Both the position numbers and the translations under genes were made by a program. This document shows positions 1-12,760 of a stretch of DNA of 64,000 bases, piece by piece (position 1 is the first letter of the stretch; every line of letters begins with the position of its first letter). Below the pieces are notes generated by a model. It was not told the DNA's origin, ran no database searches, and was given only the letters and a program-made list of their open reading frames with translations. This DNA is from the human T2T-CHM13v2.0 reference genome, Homo sapiens. The stretch is taken from NCBI RefSeq assembly GCF_009914755.1, contig NC_060926.1. One strand, given 5' to 3'.

Positions 1-643
1 GTGCGGTAATTTAGCTGGGTCTGATAAGGCCATTTCACAGGCAAGCGCAGTTGCAAAAGCAGGTGCAAAAAGTGGGGGGGAAATACTAAAGTAATATCAT
101 GTAATTAGTTGCCCAAGAAAAGGCAATAGCACAGTTAAACACAACTGACAAAGAGGATCTGCTTTGCCTTTTAATTCCTTTTGATGTTTTCTTTTTAGCT
201 GTTTTTCAAAAAAAAGAGATACAGTATTTTTCAGATTTGACATTTATAAACTAAAATTTTAGGTTTTTCAATATAATCCTTTTAGGTTATTCAATATCAT
301 CCTTCCCCTGAAATACATCTTCTTATAGATTTTAAATGATTAAAACAAAACTGTATATTAGTACTGACTCCCCAAGGTGTCCCACTTCTGTCTTTTTTCT
401 TTTAATTCCTGGAATAGTCAAGAGATTTGAAAAACAGTGTTATGAAACAGGGTGATTATAAATTTTCTACTACTTTTAGGAGAAAAATAAGCTGATTAAT
501 AGTTTATGTCTGTCATTTTATATAGCAGCTTGGGATAGCATTTTCCCTGAATTATTAACAACAAATATAAGCTTGACAAGTCAAATAAATAATTAAACAA
601 GAACCAACTGAGATGCATTTGATGCTAAATTGGATAGAGGTAC

Positions 644-1704
644 TGTGGTATAATTAAAACTGCAAATATTATAGTAGTAAGGGAAACCTAACTTAACTGA
701 CTCCATCTTGCTTCTACCAGTCTAGATTGCTTTTGCTCATTCCTGTGTGAAAGCCATAATAGTCCTTTCCTGTTCCCTTCCTTGTTGAAAAATTGAAACT
801 GTATTTGAAAGGTTAACAAAAGGTCACAAGGTTAGAATTATGGCAGGAGCTGAACTTTCCTAAAGAATGGGCATGGTTAAACGTAACTATTCACTGCTTA
901 TTTAGCTTGCTTTTCTACAAGTTGCTTTCAGCTCCAGAGTCACGTAACCAGAGGTCACAAGAATTATTACTTCCCCAACTACTCCTATAGATAACATTAC
1001 TATTGTGTAACCTAAAGAACTGGTCTTTGAGGTATTTTTCAGATTAAGCATTTTGGCAAACCAAGACACACTGCCTAGTCCTGAGACCCCCCATCTCACA
1101 AGCTGACTCAGACAATTCAGACATCACAGTGATTTCATCTCTAGTCAATAGTTTCAGTTCCCCAGCCCTCTGCAGGCCAAAGTATCCTTAAAATCCCCAG
1201 CCTCTGAATTCTCAGGGAAGTGGATTTGAGAAATTTCTCCTATTCTCCTTGCCTGGCTGGCCCTGTGATAATTAAACTCTGTCTTTCTTGCAACACCTGC
1301 TGTTCTCAGTGCACTGGTTTTTTCATGGAAAGCAGATAAGAAGAACCCACTGGGTTATGACATAATGAGAAATATATCTGGTTTTTGTCCTTGGTTCCTA
1401 GCCCAGAGCTCCTAAAATCCTTAGAATTTCCCTGAGTGGTAGGAGTGTCTTTTGTTATTCATAAGGAGCCCCTTTTGATCACATCAGAGTTTATGCTAAT
1501 GAGATTTACTTAGGATGGGACACTTAGATAACCTCAGGATTAAAGGGTCGGAACTTTCAGCCCTACCCAGGAGCCTTGCGGAAGTGGGGCTAGGGAGACT
1601 GGAAATAAAGTTCTATAAAAACTCTCCAACAACCATATTGGATGAACATCTAGATTGGTAAGCACATTGAAATACTTGGAGGGTGGCACTCCCGGAGGGT
1701 GCAT
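644..1704 (+). mobile_element. MER21(C-like) LTR, split by an LTR8-like insertion (655-1362) and 3'-truncated at ~1704
   Basis: tgtggtataat (644-654) resumes at 1363 as taatgagaaatatatctggtttttgtccttggttcctagcccagagctcctaaaatcc...gagtttatgctaatgag, matching the recalled MER21 5' half. Confidence 0.75.
655..1362 (+). mobile_element. ERV1 solo LTR, LTR8 family
   Basis: aacttaactgactccatcttgcttcta motif typical of LTR8; ends in ...tgaca; 4-bp TSD TAAT at 651-654 and 1363-1366. Confidence 0.8.
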
Positions 1705-1937
1705 AAAGAAGAAATAAGACTATCTTGATTTGCAGATTACATGTTTGCCTATATAGAAAATCCCAAAATAGCTATCAAAAAAATTATTAAACCAATAAAT
1801 GAGTTCAGCAATATAATGAGATATAAAATAAAATGCAGTAACATTTTTAATTACCTCATATAAGATAAATACTTAGGTATAAATCTAAAAATACATGTAG
1901 AAATCTATATAATTTAAATTACAAAATGCTGATTAAA
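1705..1937 (+). mobile_element. L1M ORF2 fragment, local duplicate of 3729-3960
   Basis: About 87% identical by hand alignment to 3729-3960, including a 43-bp exact match. Confidence 0.85.
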
Positions 1938-1944
1938 AGTTGAT

Positions 1945-2228
1945 CTGCCTGTAATCCCAGCACTTTGGGAGGCCGAGGCGGGCAGATCACGAGGTCAGGA
2001 GTTTGAGACCAGCCTTACCAACATGGTGAAACCCCGTCTCTACTAAAAATACAAAAATTAGCTGGGCGTGGTGGCACATGCCTGTTAATCCCAGCTACTC
2101 AGGAGGCTGAGGCAGGAGAATTGCTTGAACCAGGAGGCAGAAGTTGCAGTGAGCTGAGATCGTGCCACTGCACTCCAGCCTGGACGACAGAGCCAGATTC
2201 CGTCTCAAAAAAAAAGTAAAAATAAAAA
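1945..2228 (+). mobile_element. AluS (Sg-like), slightly 5'-truncated
   Basis: Dimeric Alu with gatcacgaggtcaggagtt; A-rich tail; TSD taaaagttgat at 1934-1944 and 2229-2239. Confidence 0.93.
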
Positions 2229-2299
2229 TAAAAGTTGATATGTCTACAGTGGTCACAACAGGCGAACCAGATAGGCCACCCCATTCCCCACACCGCATA

Positions 2300-5200
2300 T
2301 TATGATATCCTGCTCACGATAGAAAGTAACTCCTAGGACAGGACTCATCTCCTACTCCACAGATTACATGCCTAGAATTACAGTCCTATTCTGCTGCAGT
2401 GTCAGCATACTCACGGTCAGCATGAGCAAGGTCTCTACCTGCAACAGTGAGTGGGCCAACCACCCAGACTTGCAGTATCAAAAGAGTCTGGCAGGATCCA
2501 TTCCCAGCTAGTTCCCACTGGGAAACCTAACTGACCTGCAGGCAGCACAGAGAGGTAAAGCACAGCAGAATATAATTGCCAAGGTTCTGAGAACTAAACT
2601 GTCATTGAAACTAAAACTTACAAAACTAATACAGGACTTAAATGTAAGCCTAATAATGTGACCCCCTGCTAAAATAGAAGTTTTAAATAGGATCATGAGT
2701 ATCCCATGAAAATGTACAAAATGTAAAAGAAACAACTGAAAATCTCTTGTAGTACCAATAACTAAGAAAAAGCACAACTTGACAGAGAAAAAAAAAATCA
2801 ATAAACATCAACTCTGAGATTATTCACATGTTGAATGATATGACCAGGATTTCAAAGCAGTCATCACTAAATTGCTTTAGGAAGCAGTTACAAATTCTCT
2901 TGAAACACATGAAGAAAAATTGAAAATCTTAGAAAAGAGATAGAATTATAAAAAATAAATGAATGAAAATGTTAGAACTGAAAAATATAACAGCCAAATA
3001 AAAACCCGACTAGATGTTCTCAAAAGTAACAATGACACAGGATAAAATCAGTTCAACCTAAGCAGTCATATTACCATTAAACAAATCTAATTTGCAATTC
3101 TAATGCTCCTCCTCCCCAGAAATCTCTAGGCTTAGATGTTTTCACCAGCAAATTTAAAAAATTAACAAATTCGCTCACTCTTTCAGTACATAGAAAAGAA
3201 AGGAGTGCTTCTCACTCATTTTGAGGCCAATATTACCTGTTAACCAAACCATACAAAAAACAGTAGGAAAAAATACTACAGACTAATATCTCTCATGAAC
3301 TTAGATGTCAAACCTCTCAACAAAATATTACAAATTGAATTTATGAAGTATAACCATCATGACCAAATGAGATTGGTTTCAAGTATGTGAGAGCGATTGC
3401 ATATTTGAAAATCAATCAAAGCAATTCAACATAACAACAGACTGAGGAAGAAGAATCATACAATCATATTAATTAACATAAAAAAATTTGAAAAAATCCA
3501 ATACCCATTTATTGTAAAAATTCTCAGCAAACTAGGGATAAAATTAAACTTGCTCAACTTGATAAAGATCATCTACAAAAACACCTACAACAAAACATCA
3601 TACCTAATGAGCTTCTACTGAGAACAAGGCATGAATTTCTGCTATCACTACTCTTGTTCAATTTAAGACTGGAAGCTCCAGCCGTTACAATAAGGCAAGA
3701 AAATGAAACAAAAAGTACACTGATTGGAAAGGAAGAAATAAAACTGTCTCTATTTGTAGATTACATGTTTGCCTATATCAAAAATCCCAAAACATCTATC
3801 AAAAAATTACTGAACCAATAAAAGAGTTCAGCAAGATAGTGAAATACAAAATAAAATGCAATACCATTTACATTTGCCTCATATAAGATAAATACTTAGG
3901 TATAAATCTAAAAATACATATAGAACTCTATATGATTTCAGTTATAAAATGCTGATTAAAGAACTCAAAGAAGACAGAAATAACTGGAGAGACTTACCAT
4001 GTTTATGTATTGAAAGACAGCATAATAAAGATCTCAATTCTCCCCAAAGATGTAGAGGTTTAATGTATTCCTATCAAAAACACAGCAATTATTTTTTGGA
4101 TATAGAAAAGCTTATTCTAGAATTTATATGGAAAGGGATTGGCCTTAGAACAGCTGAAATTATTTTAAAAAAAAAGAATAATGTGAGAGGAATAACTCCT
4201 GCTAATGTTAAAACTTGCCACGTACCTATTTTACTATAGGTAAACAGACAGTGTAGTACTACTAAAGAAACAGTCACATAAATCACTGGGACAGAATAGA
4301 GAACCCAGAAATAGACTCACACAAATATACACAATAGATTACTGACAAAGGTGCAAAAGAAACTCGATGAAGGAGGGATACCATTCTAACAAATGGTACT
4401 GGAACAATTAGACATTCTTAGTCAAAAAAAACAAAACAAGCAAACAAAAAACACTTGACCTAAATCTTGCATCTTATAGAAAACTTAACTGGAATGGATA
4501 TCAGGCTTAAATGTAAAATGTAAATGCAAGGTGTTTGAAAAAAATAACTACAACTCTTTGGGACTCAGAACCAGGCAAAGAGATTCTATATTTGATACTA
4601 AAAGCACAATTCACTTAAAAAATTATAAATTTGGACTTTACTAGAGGAAAACATTTAATTTTTAATTTAATGTTCTAATTATCAAATGAAAATTATAAAT
4701 TGGACCTTAATAAAATTAAAAACTTGCATATTGTGAAAACCCATGTAAAGAGGATGAAAACAAGGGTCCCAGACTGGGAGAAAATATTTGCTAAACACTT
4801 ATACATAAAAGGACTATTGTCTATAATTTACAAGCACTCACAAAGGTTGACATTAACAAAGAAGATAATTCAATCAGAAAAATGGGCAAAAGACGTACTA
4901 GTGGGAATTATAGAAATTATATTATTGAAGACATTACACTATATTTTTATCTGCAAGTTATAAGGGTTTCTTTCAAAATTAAAAATAGGCTTACCATACA
5001 ACTTGGCAATTGTGCCCTTGGGTATTTTTCCGAGAAAAACAAAAACTATGTTCACACAGAAATGTGTCCGTGAAAGTTTATAGCAATATAACTAATCATA
5101 GCAAAAAATTAGAAACTACACACATATCACCTCTTGAGGTGGGAATGTTTAAAGAAACTGTGATACACATCCGTACCATGAAATAGTACTCAGTAATAAA

Positions 5201-5705
5201 AAGGAATGAACCATGGATACACACAAAAACTTGCATAAACCTCTAATTAACTATATTGAATGAAAAAAGCCAACATCAAAAGTTTAACACTGAGAATATG
5301 ATCTGACTTATATAGTGCTCTTGAAATAACACAGTTATAGAGATGGAAAGCAAGATTAATGGTTGTCAACATTTAGAATGGGAGAGCCTGGGGTGTGGCT
5401 ACCAAGGAGCTTATGGTGGTAGTTACAGCTTCCTTCACACCATTTCCTCCAGGCCACTGGTGATAAAATTGTGATAAAATGTTATACAATTTTATCACAA
5501 ATGAATGCATTTATAAATGGTAAAATCTGAGCAAGTTCTGTGAATATTGCCAGTGTCAGTCATTGGGTTTTGATATTATACTACAGTTAAACAAGGTGTT
5601 AACATAGGGAGAAGTTGGGAAAAGGGTGCAAGGGACTACCCTGTACATTTCTTTGAAACTTCCAGTGAATCTAGAAGTCATTCAAATTTAAAAATTAAAA
5701 AAAAG
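2300..5705 (+). mobile_element. Old LINE-1 (L1MD-like 3' end) with large internal deletions
   Basis: 5'/ORF1-like remnants ~2590-3050; decayed ORF2 peptides (MLIKELKEDRNNWRDLPC, DWEKIFAKH); L1MD-type 3'UTR ending in an A-rich tail ~5700; left boundary approximate. Confidence 0.8.
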
Positions 5706-7716
5706 CTAATTGTACTATAAGCTACATAGAATCACCTTTTCACGATAAAGGTTCAATCAACTTTGAATTGCTTTATTGTCTTCATTGAATCCTAATAGAA
5801 CATCTTTATTAGGTCCTATTATCTGTCAGATGCCTACAGACTCTAAATTAATCCTTCCAAAAAATATTGCCCCACGCTAAATGAGGAATGATGTAAAAAT
5901 CAAAGTATTCTGATGTAATGGAATAATATTTTCTTCTAATTTTTAAACTCATGCTTTCATATCTATAAATATGGTTATCTCTGTGAATTTTTACTCTTTT
6001 AAAAAATCTCAAGTTGTTACCTTTATTTTCTCATTTTAAAAGCAAAGTGATTATAATTCTAAGGATCTTTTAACCACTGTGTTTACATGTAACATGAAGT
6101 GTCAGTGGTAAGACCTGAAGGAGAAAAATGTTTGAACGGCATATATGTTGTGGAGGAGAAATGAGTAGTTATGAATACTTGACTCCTGCAGAAGCAAACT
6201 AAATTATCTAACTCAAAGTTTCCATCTTCCATCTTTTCAAATACGAGCATATTTCTTTTGCCCTGAAATAACAGTCTCAGGTCAATCTGTAAATAAAAAA
6301 AGAACTTTGCTGCTGATGTGTCACATTATCCTTTGAGTGCAGGATGAGAACTGAGGGAGCGCTAGGGGCTTGGCAGCTGGCTCCTCATCAGCAAGCCATC
6401 TCTTGCTTGGTTGGCAAGATTAAAAATGGTTATTGCCTTAGGAAGTAAAGAGTTGCCTGGAGGAAATGGCCTGAAGGAAGCTAAAATGCAGCACTGTAAA
6501 ATCAATAATATGGCAGAAAAAAGGTTATTTCGTCAACAGAGGAACTTTGAAACCTCTTTTTGTTCAGAGGGTGCTGTAGCAGCATTGACAAGTTATAAAG
6601 TGAACAAGTTCGCTAAAATTTTTGTAATTATTTTAAAAGTCAGTGCTTGTTTTCTGTGTTGTCTCATTACAGCATCCTCAGAGAGAAAGACTTGGGCCTT
6701 TCTTTGTATTAGTTTTAACAATATTTACTTTTATGTGACAACATATACACCTAATATGACTATTAGTATACTAAGTTTCCATCTGTGGAGCTTCATTTTG
6801 TGAGAGGATGGTTGTGTCACAGTAACTAGCATATTACACCTATTTGTTTAATTTAAACCTGAATTTGAGATGATATAATTAAAAATGCAAAGCTAGAGAT
6901 AAAAGGGCAATAGTGAAGAGAGGTTTTCTTTCACAAGAGAAACTACAGTAAAAAATTATTTTACATAAACATAGACATCCGTGAATGTAGATGGGTGAAA
7001 CACTGGGACTATCCAATAAGGGACAGAGTACGAATGTAGGGACTAGTAAGTGGGAATTCCATTTGAACTGAGTAGTATTATTTTCTGATTAATAGGAGGC
7101 CTCATTTGAAGACCACAGGTAAAAGGGATAGCTACCCATAGAAAAATATCAGGGAAAGCATTATGCAATCTAAGTAATGCTGGGAAAATAAAGCCTAGTA
7201 AAGAATGAGACAAATGAACTCAAATTTTCCCAACTATAATGACTGAGTGACGTCTTCAGATTAACCATTAGAACAGAATGAGCAACAAGAAGGAAACAGT
7301 TGATCAGTACGAGAACAAAACACAACTAAACAATAAGCAAGAACTTAACTAGTTAGATCTGTTGATGCCAGAGGGGCAAGGGGAGAAAGACCAGCGACAT
7401 CCAGTCTGTACTGCTATACCCTATAGTCAAGGGTTCCATTACTAGCTACTAAATTATATAAAAAGGAGAAACAAAAAAGCAGATATATGTGAATGGGTTG
7501 ATATAAACTCATTAGCCTGCTTTAGAGTCATCTCCAGGACCAAATGTGAGCCTTTCTTAAAAAGGAGAGATTTTTAAACAGGATGTGTATTTATGATAAA
7601 TATACAGAAGAAGAATACATAGATATAAATTATTAGATGTGAGAAATAAAGGCCTTTTTTATTGCAATGAGATATAAAGTATTTATTTCCCTTGCAATCT
7701 TTATAGTCTTTGCCTT

Positions 7717-8200
7717 TATCAGCCTAAATAACATAGAGAGGCTCTCTAAAGGAGAAGATACGTATTTGGGTATAGAGCATTGTAATGGGAATATGCATGC
7801 TATAGTAAACTACGTGTGTATGCAGAGAGGTAAAGGAAGACAAATGTTTCTAAAGGAAAATAAATGAGGAAGATTACATAATTGTTTTGAAATAATTGTC
7901 CTTAGCTACAAAAATCAATAACAAGGGTGCTACGAGTTCAAGGTTGGACAGGCAGTTGCTGGGCAGATGTCCTTTTAGAAATATTTTTTGTTTAAGGTTG
8001 CAATGACCTGTGTGTAAGGTTGTGGTTTTTTTCAGCCTTTTGTGATAGTTTTTGTTATCAGGCACACAAGCATGAGAACCCTGTTTTCATGGACTTCTCC
8101 AGCTCTAATTGTCAATTTTTGTTGTTGTTGTTGTTTTCCTTAGTAACATTAGTAACATGTTTTCATTAGTAACACCATTTTGATTCTGACAATTTTCACA
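7717..8200 (-). mobile_element. ERV1 solo LTR (MER67-like)
   Basis: Minus strand starts tgtgaaaattgtcagaatcaaaatgg; 4-bp TSD CCTT at 7713-7716 and 8201-8204. Confidence 0.75.
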
Positions 8201-8596
8201 CCTTGATGAAGTTTAGTGACAGGCCCTTCAAGAGACAGAAGAAGAGGGAAATTCATTTCTGGGGACTGTAATTCTCCAGTGCTCTAGTCTCCATAAGAGA
8301 TTTTGTGGTTATGCAAAGTGTCAGGGACTTAATGTTAGAGTTAGGGCTTTTTATGGGTCTTATATGGAGGAGTAATTATAATGCAAAGAAAGGACAGCTG
8401 TTGCTCCCAACTTTATTCTAGCATTCACTTACTACTGTTCATTTCAAACACAAGAAATAAATACCAAAAGGAGACTGAACTCACCCAGTAACTGGGTTCA
8501 GAATATTCACTGATGTGTCACTAGTGACACTAATCACAACTAATCTTGGCACTATGTGATAATTGTTAATACATAAGAAAAATCTGCAGCCAGTCA

Positions 8597-9840
8597 TATT
8601 TTTTTTGCAAACCATATATCTGAAGAGGAGCTTGTATTTGAAATATATAAAAATTCTAACAGCTCAATAGTAAAAGGCAAATAATCCAATTTAAAATATG
8701 GACAAAGAAACCAAATAGGCAGTTTTCCAAGAAAGACATCTAAATGGCCAATAAATATATGGAAAGAATGCTCAACTTCATTAACCAGAGAAATGCAAAT
8801 CAGAACCACAATGAGATACCACTTTATGCTCACTACAAAAGCTATAAGAAAAAATTACATAGTAATGACTATTAATGAGGATATGCATAAATCAGAACAC
8901 ACATACGGTGCTAGTGGGAATGTAAAATGGGGGAGCCACTTTGGAAACTAGTGTGGCATTTCTTCAAAATGTCAAATATAGAGTTAGCATATGACCCAAC
9001 AGTTCTACTTCTAGATATATACCCATAAGAAATTAAACATAATTCCACCACAAGTGTATAAAAATGTATGTAAAAATATTATTCATAATTGTCAAAAGGT
9101 AGAAACTACCCAAATGTCAATCAACTGCCAAATGAATAAAGAAAATATAGTATATCCATACAATGGAATATTATTTCACCATTAAGAGAAACAAAATAGT
9201 AATACATGCTACAATGTAGATAAACCTTAAAAATATTATGCCAAGTGAAAGAAGCCAGTCACAAAAGACCACGTATTTTATGAGTCTAGTCATGTGAAAT
9301 GTCTAGAATAATCTATAGAGGCAGAAAGTAGATTAATGTTTGCTTAGGGATGGGGGTAAGGGATGGGATGCGGAAATAGGAGAGTGAGAGCTAAAGGATA
9401 TGGACTTGCCCAGGCTGGAATGCAGTGGCACAATTATGGCTCACTGCAGCCTTGACCTCCTGGGATCAAGCGGTCCTCTTGTCTAAGCCTGCAAAGTAGC
9501 TAGGACTACTAAAAAAATTATCCATTATTCCTGGCTACTTTTTTAGTGTTTTTTTGTTTGTTTGTTTTGGTAGACACAGGGGTCTCCCTATGTTACCCAG
9601 GCTGGTCTCAAACTCCTTCTATTTCTGCCTCCCAAAGAGCTGAGATTACAGACATGAGCCACTGGGTATGCCTGGAATTTTGTTTTGTTTTTTGAGGTGA
9701 TGAAAACTAGCCAAACTTGACTGTGGTGATGGTAGCACATATCTGTGAATATAGTAAAAACCACTGAACTGTGTACTCTAAATGAATTGTAGTGTGTATG
9801 AATTATATCTCAATAAGGTTGTTAAAAACAAAAGAAAAAC
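8597..9840 (+). mobile_element. L1MB (L1MB4-like) ORF2 end and 3'UTR
   Basis: gaaatgcaaatcagaaccacaatgagatacc; 3' end gaattatatctcaataaggttgttaaaaa. Confidence 0.85.
9407..9675 (-). mobile_element. Old Alu (AluJ-like) lacking a tail, inside L1MB
   Basis: cccaggctggaatgcagtggcacaattatggctcactgcagccttgacctcctggg; highly diverged. Confidence 0.85.
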
Positions 9841-11789
9841 CTATAGCCACTCGATTAATTCCTAACATTTTCCAAATATTTGGCAAGACGGGTGTGGGAT
9901 AGGAAAACAAAAATATATCCTGCCCGGCTAAGCAAATGCATTAAAACACAGCAATGAAAACAAGTAAAAGACTTCATGCTTTAGAAGTTAAAAATGACTC
10001 ATGACAAGAGCTAATGTGATATGCCTTCATGTCAGATAATGAGAGACAGGAAAAAAATACGATGTACAGTATTTGATAAAGCACTGAACTCTAAAATATG
10101 GAAAGATTTCAGCGAGGGGGTTTGCGACAAGTATCAGAGATACAAAATGCAGAAAAATGTTGGATGCTACCAGATCCATCTTGATTCAGTAAACAGCTTC
10201 AGTCAATTGAATTCACTTGTGATGCTACACTAATTTTTTTTTGTTTTGATTCATTTAAAAACATGTTTTCTACACTCTCAATTAGGTTTTCAATGGGTAT
10301 ATAACAAAGTAAGAAGTCTGAGACCAGAAATTGTATTTAAAAAATTGAATGAGTTAATTCCCAGTTAATTACCAATAGAGGTATAACAATTTATTGGTAG
10401 AGTAGATAATATAAATGTTGAAATATAATGAATACTTCTCTGAACTTCATTAGGCTTTCATATACTTATTTCTATTTAATTATAACTAAATCACCACCAT
10501 TTATTGCCAAGTTGGAAACACTTTCAAATAATAGCCTGGTTAATACTGAATTAAACTGCAATCTTACGGAAGTTCCTACATAAAAACAAATGAACTAACT
10601 AGGAATAAATTTGTCACTATAAGTACTAGCAGAGTTATTATAATTATATCATTATTGCAACATGATATATAGAAACATTTTAGGAATTGAAGGCTCAAAA
10701 CAAAAAAGATATATTTAAAAAGTTAATTTTGCTGTCTTAATGGTCTCTCATATCAGTAAAATATTTTGCTTTGGATCATTTGTCATTTGAGCCATTTTAT
10801 ACTGGATTTTCCAGTGCCCTGACTGAAAGATATTTCAAGAGTTATAGATGAAAATGAAGCATAACTAATTTAAAATGATTGGATTAAAAACATTCATCTC
10901 CATAATGAAAATTACAGTATGCCATACTGGGCTGCAGAAAGTTTGCTTTCAATTTTCCCTGTTCAAAAATTTTACATTTGTGAAAGATTTGTTGCTTCAA
11001 GATTCTTAAGTTTCTGAAAAATACATGAATAAAAAAGTGATTGTAAATTGTTTCATTACGTTTTTTTAAATGTGGTATCTTTTGTACAGCAAACTTACTG
11101 TAGTGTAGCAAACACACTGCTGATCTCCAAGACTTACATTTTATGTAGTTATCCTTCCTTCATATTTTCAGAGGCATTTTTGCAAACTGGCCAAAATTTG
11201 CCCCTAGTGCACACACTTGAACACAAAGGGTATAGAATGAATTTTTGGCCTTTCTTTTTAATCCGTGCTGACATCTTAGCACAGTGTTGGGCACACTGTA
11301 AAATCTAAAACTAAATCTGTCATTTAACTGACCCTCAGTCATTAACAAGTGGAGCTTGAAAACAAACTGGTGCAGTTTCAAACTTGGCTGAAATGCCTGG
11401 GAAGCAGCAAAGCCTTTTTCACTCAAAGGCCTTTCAGAGACTTAGACGTCATAATCAGTACTAGGATTTCTCTATCTTCTTTGGCCTCTAGCAAGTGGAA
11501 ACTTCTACTTTGTCATCTCTGTCTTGTGAGGTAGATATTCTTTCTTATTTTTCTAGATGGCATCCAGCTTGCTGTCCCAGTTAACTTCCCATTTTGTATC
11601 TGAATGTGACTGTTGTTGAGACCCCGACCCGCTAAGCTCCTTTCCTGCTTTCTGAGTTGGAATCCCCTGTTTAGAGACCCACTGCATTCCCTCAGGTTAA
11701 GAGTCCCTTCTGCTACCATCATCCTACTCCATCTCTTCAGTGTCTACTCAGCATTAAGCCAGGCTCCAACATACCAGCCAAAGGCAGAG

Positions 11790-11960
11790 TTACTACCTCT
11801 CCTCTCCTCTGCACTCTATAACACTGCACTTCTGAATCAAAGCAAGCCCATTTACACAATGTTGTAATATATACTTACACATGAATACTCTCAACTAGAC
11901 TGTGAGGTCCTCTGGGCTCCTGGTTTTTGTGTTTGGTCATTTAGCACTATCAGGCCATTT
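11790..11960 (+). mobile_element. L2 3' fragment
   Basis: ctagactgtgaggtcctctggg motif resembles the L2 3' end. Confidence 0.4.
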
Positions 11961-12122
11961 TAATTGAGCCTGAGTTTAATATAGAAGGGGAAAAAAAGCA
12001 GGCAGAACATTTGACAGGCTTGGAAAAATACAAAGATGCAGGTAGAACGAATCTGAAAGTTTGCTTTTGTTAAGTATGTTTGATAGAATTCAATAGAGTA
12101 AAATGCAAAGGAGAGAAAGAGG

Positions 12123-12760
12123 TGTAGGAGCCAAATGAATTATTCTTATACTCTCTGAAGTTTTAATAGTCTTGGAAATAAACTTGACAGTAGACAGATT
12201 AACAGGAGAAAAGGCACACAAATTTATTTTGTGCATATGCACGGGAGTCCCACAAAATGTAAGACTCAAAGAAGGACCATATGGTTGAAGCTTAAATAGC
12301 ACTTTGAGTTACAGAAAGAAATAGAGGCTTGAAGGGTCCTGCAGGGTAGTCGTGACAAGGTATGGGAGGGTGAGGCGAGGAACCACACTGCAAACCCGAG
12401 TTGTCTTATTAAATGCAGATAAAGTCTGTTAGAATAATAGGTAAAAAGTCTGTTTGGTCATGGTGTTCTGGGCATGGAGGCCCTTAGTTTCCTCTCCTGC
12501 AATGCAAGTTAATGTTCTCTGGTTAATGCAGATTCCAGGGAGAGTGTTCATGGCAATCACATTCCTTCTGGAGAAGTTTCTTTAGTCAGATAAGGGAAAT
12601 CTCAGAGAAAGCCCCTCTCCTTTGCAAGAAGAAGAAACTTTAATGACAAGCGTGCAGGGGAATGTCAGACAGACCTTGGCTCTGAGGTTGCTTCTTTAGT
12701 TCAAAGAACTCAGCATGTCAAAGCCCCATAATTTGGGATATTGTTTTCCAAACCCTAACA
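12123..12760 (-). mobile_element. ERV1 solo LTR (MER34/MER39 group)
   Basis: TG...CA ends; minus strand begins tgttagggtttggaaaacaatatcccaaattatggggctttgacatgctgag. Confidence 0.7.

Noticed and set aside
6411-6803. 130-aa ORF in unique DNA
   Set aside because: Non-ATG (TTG) start, no recognisable domain and no convincing splice signals
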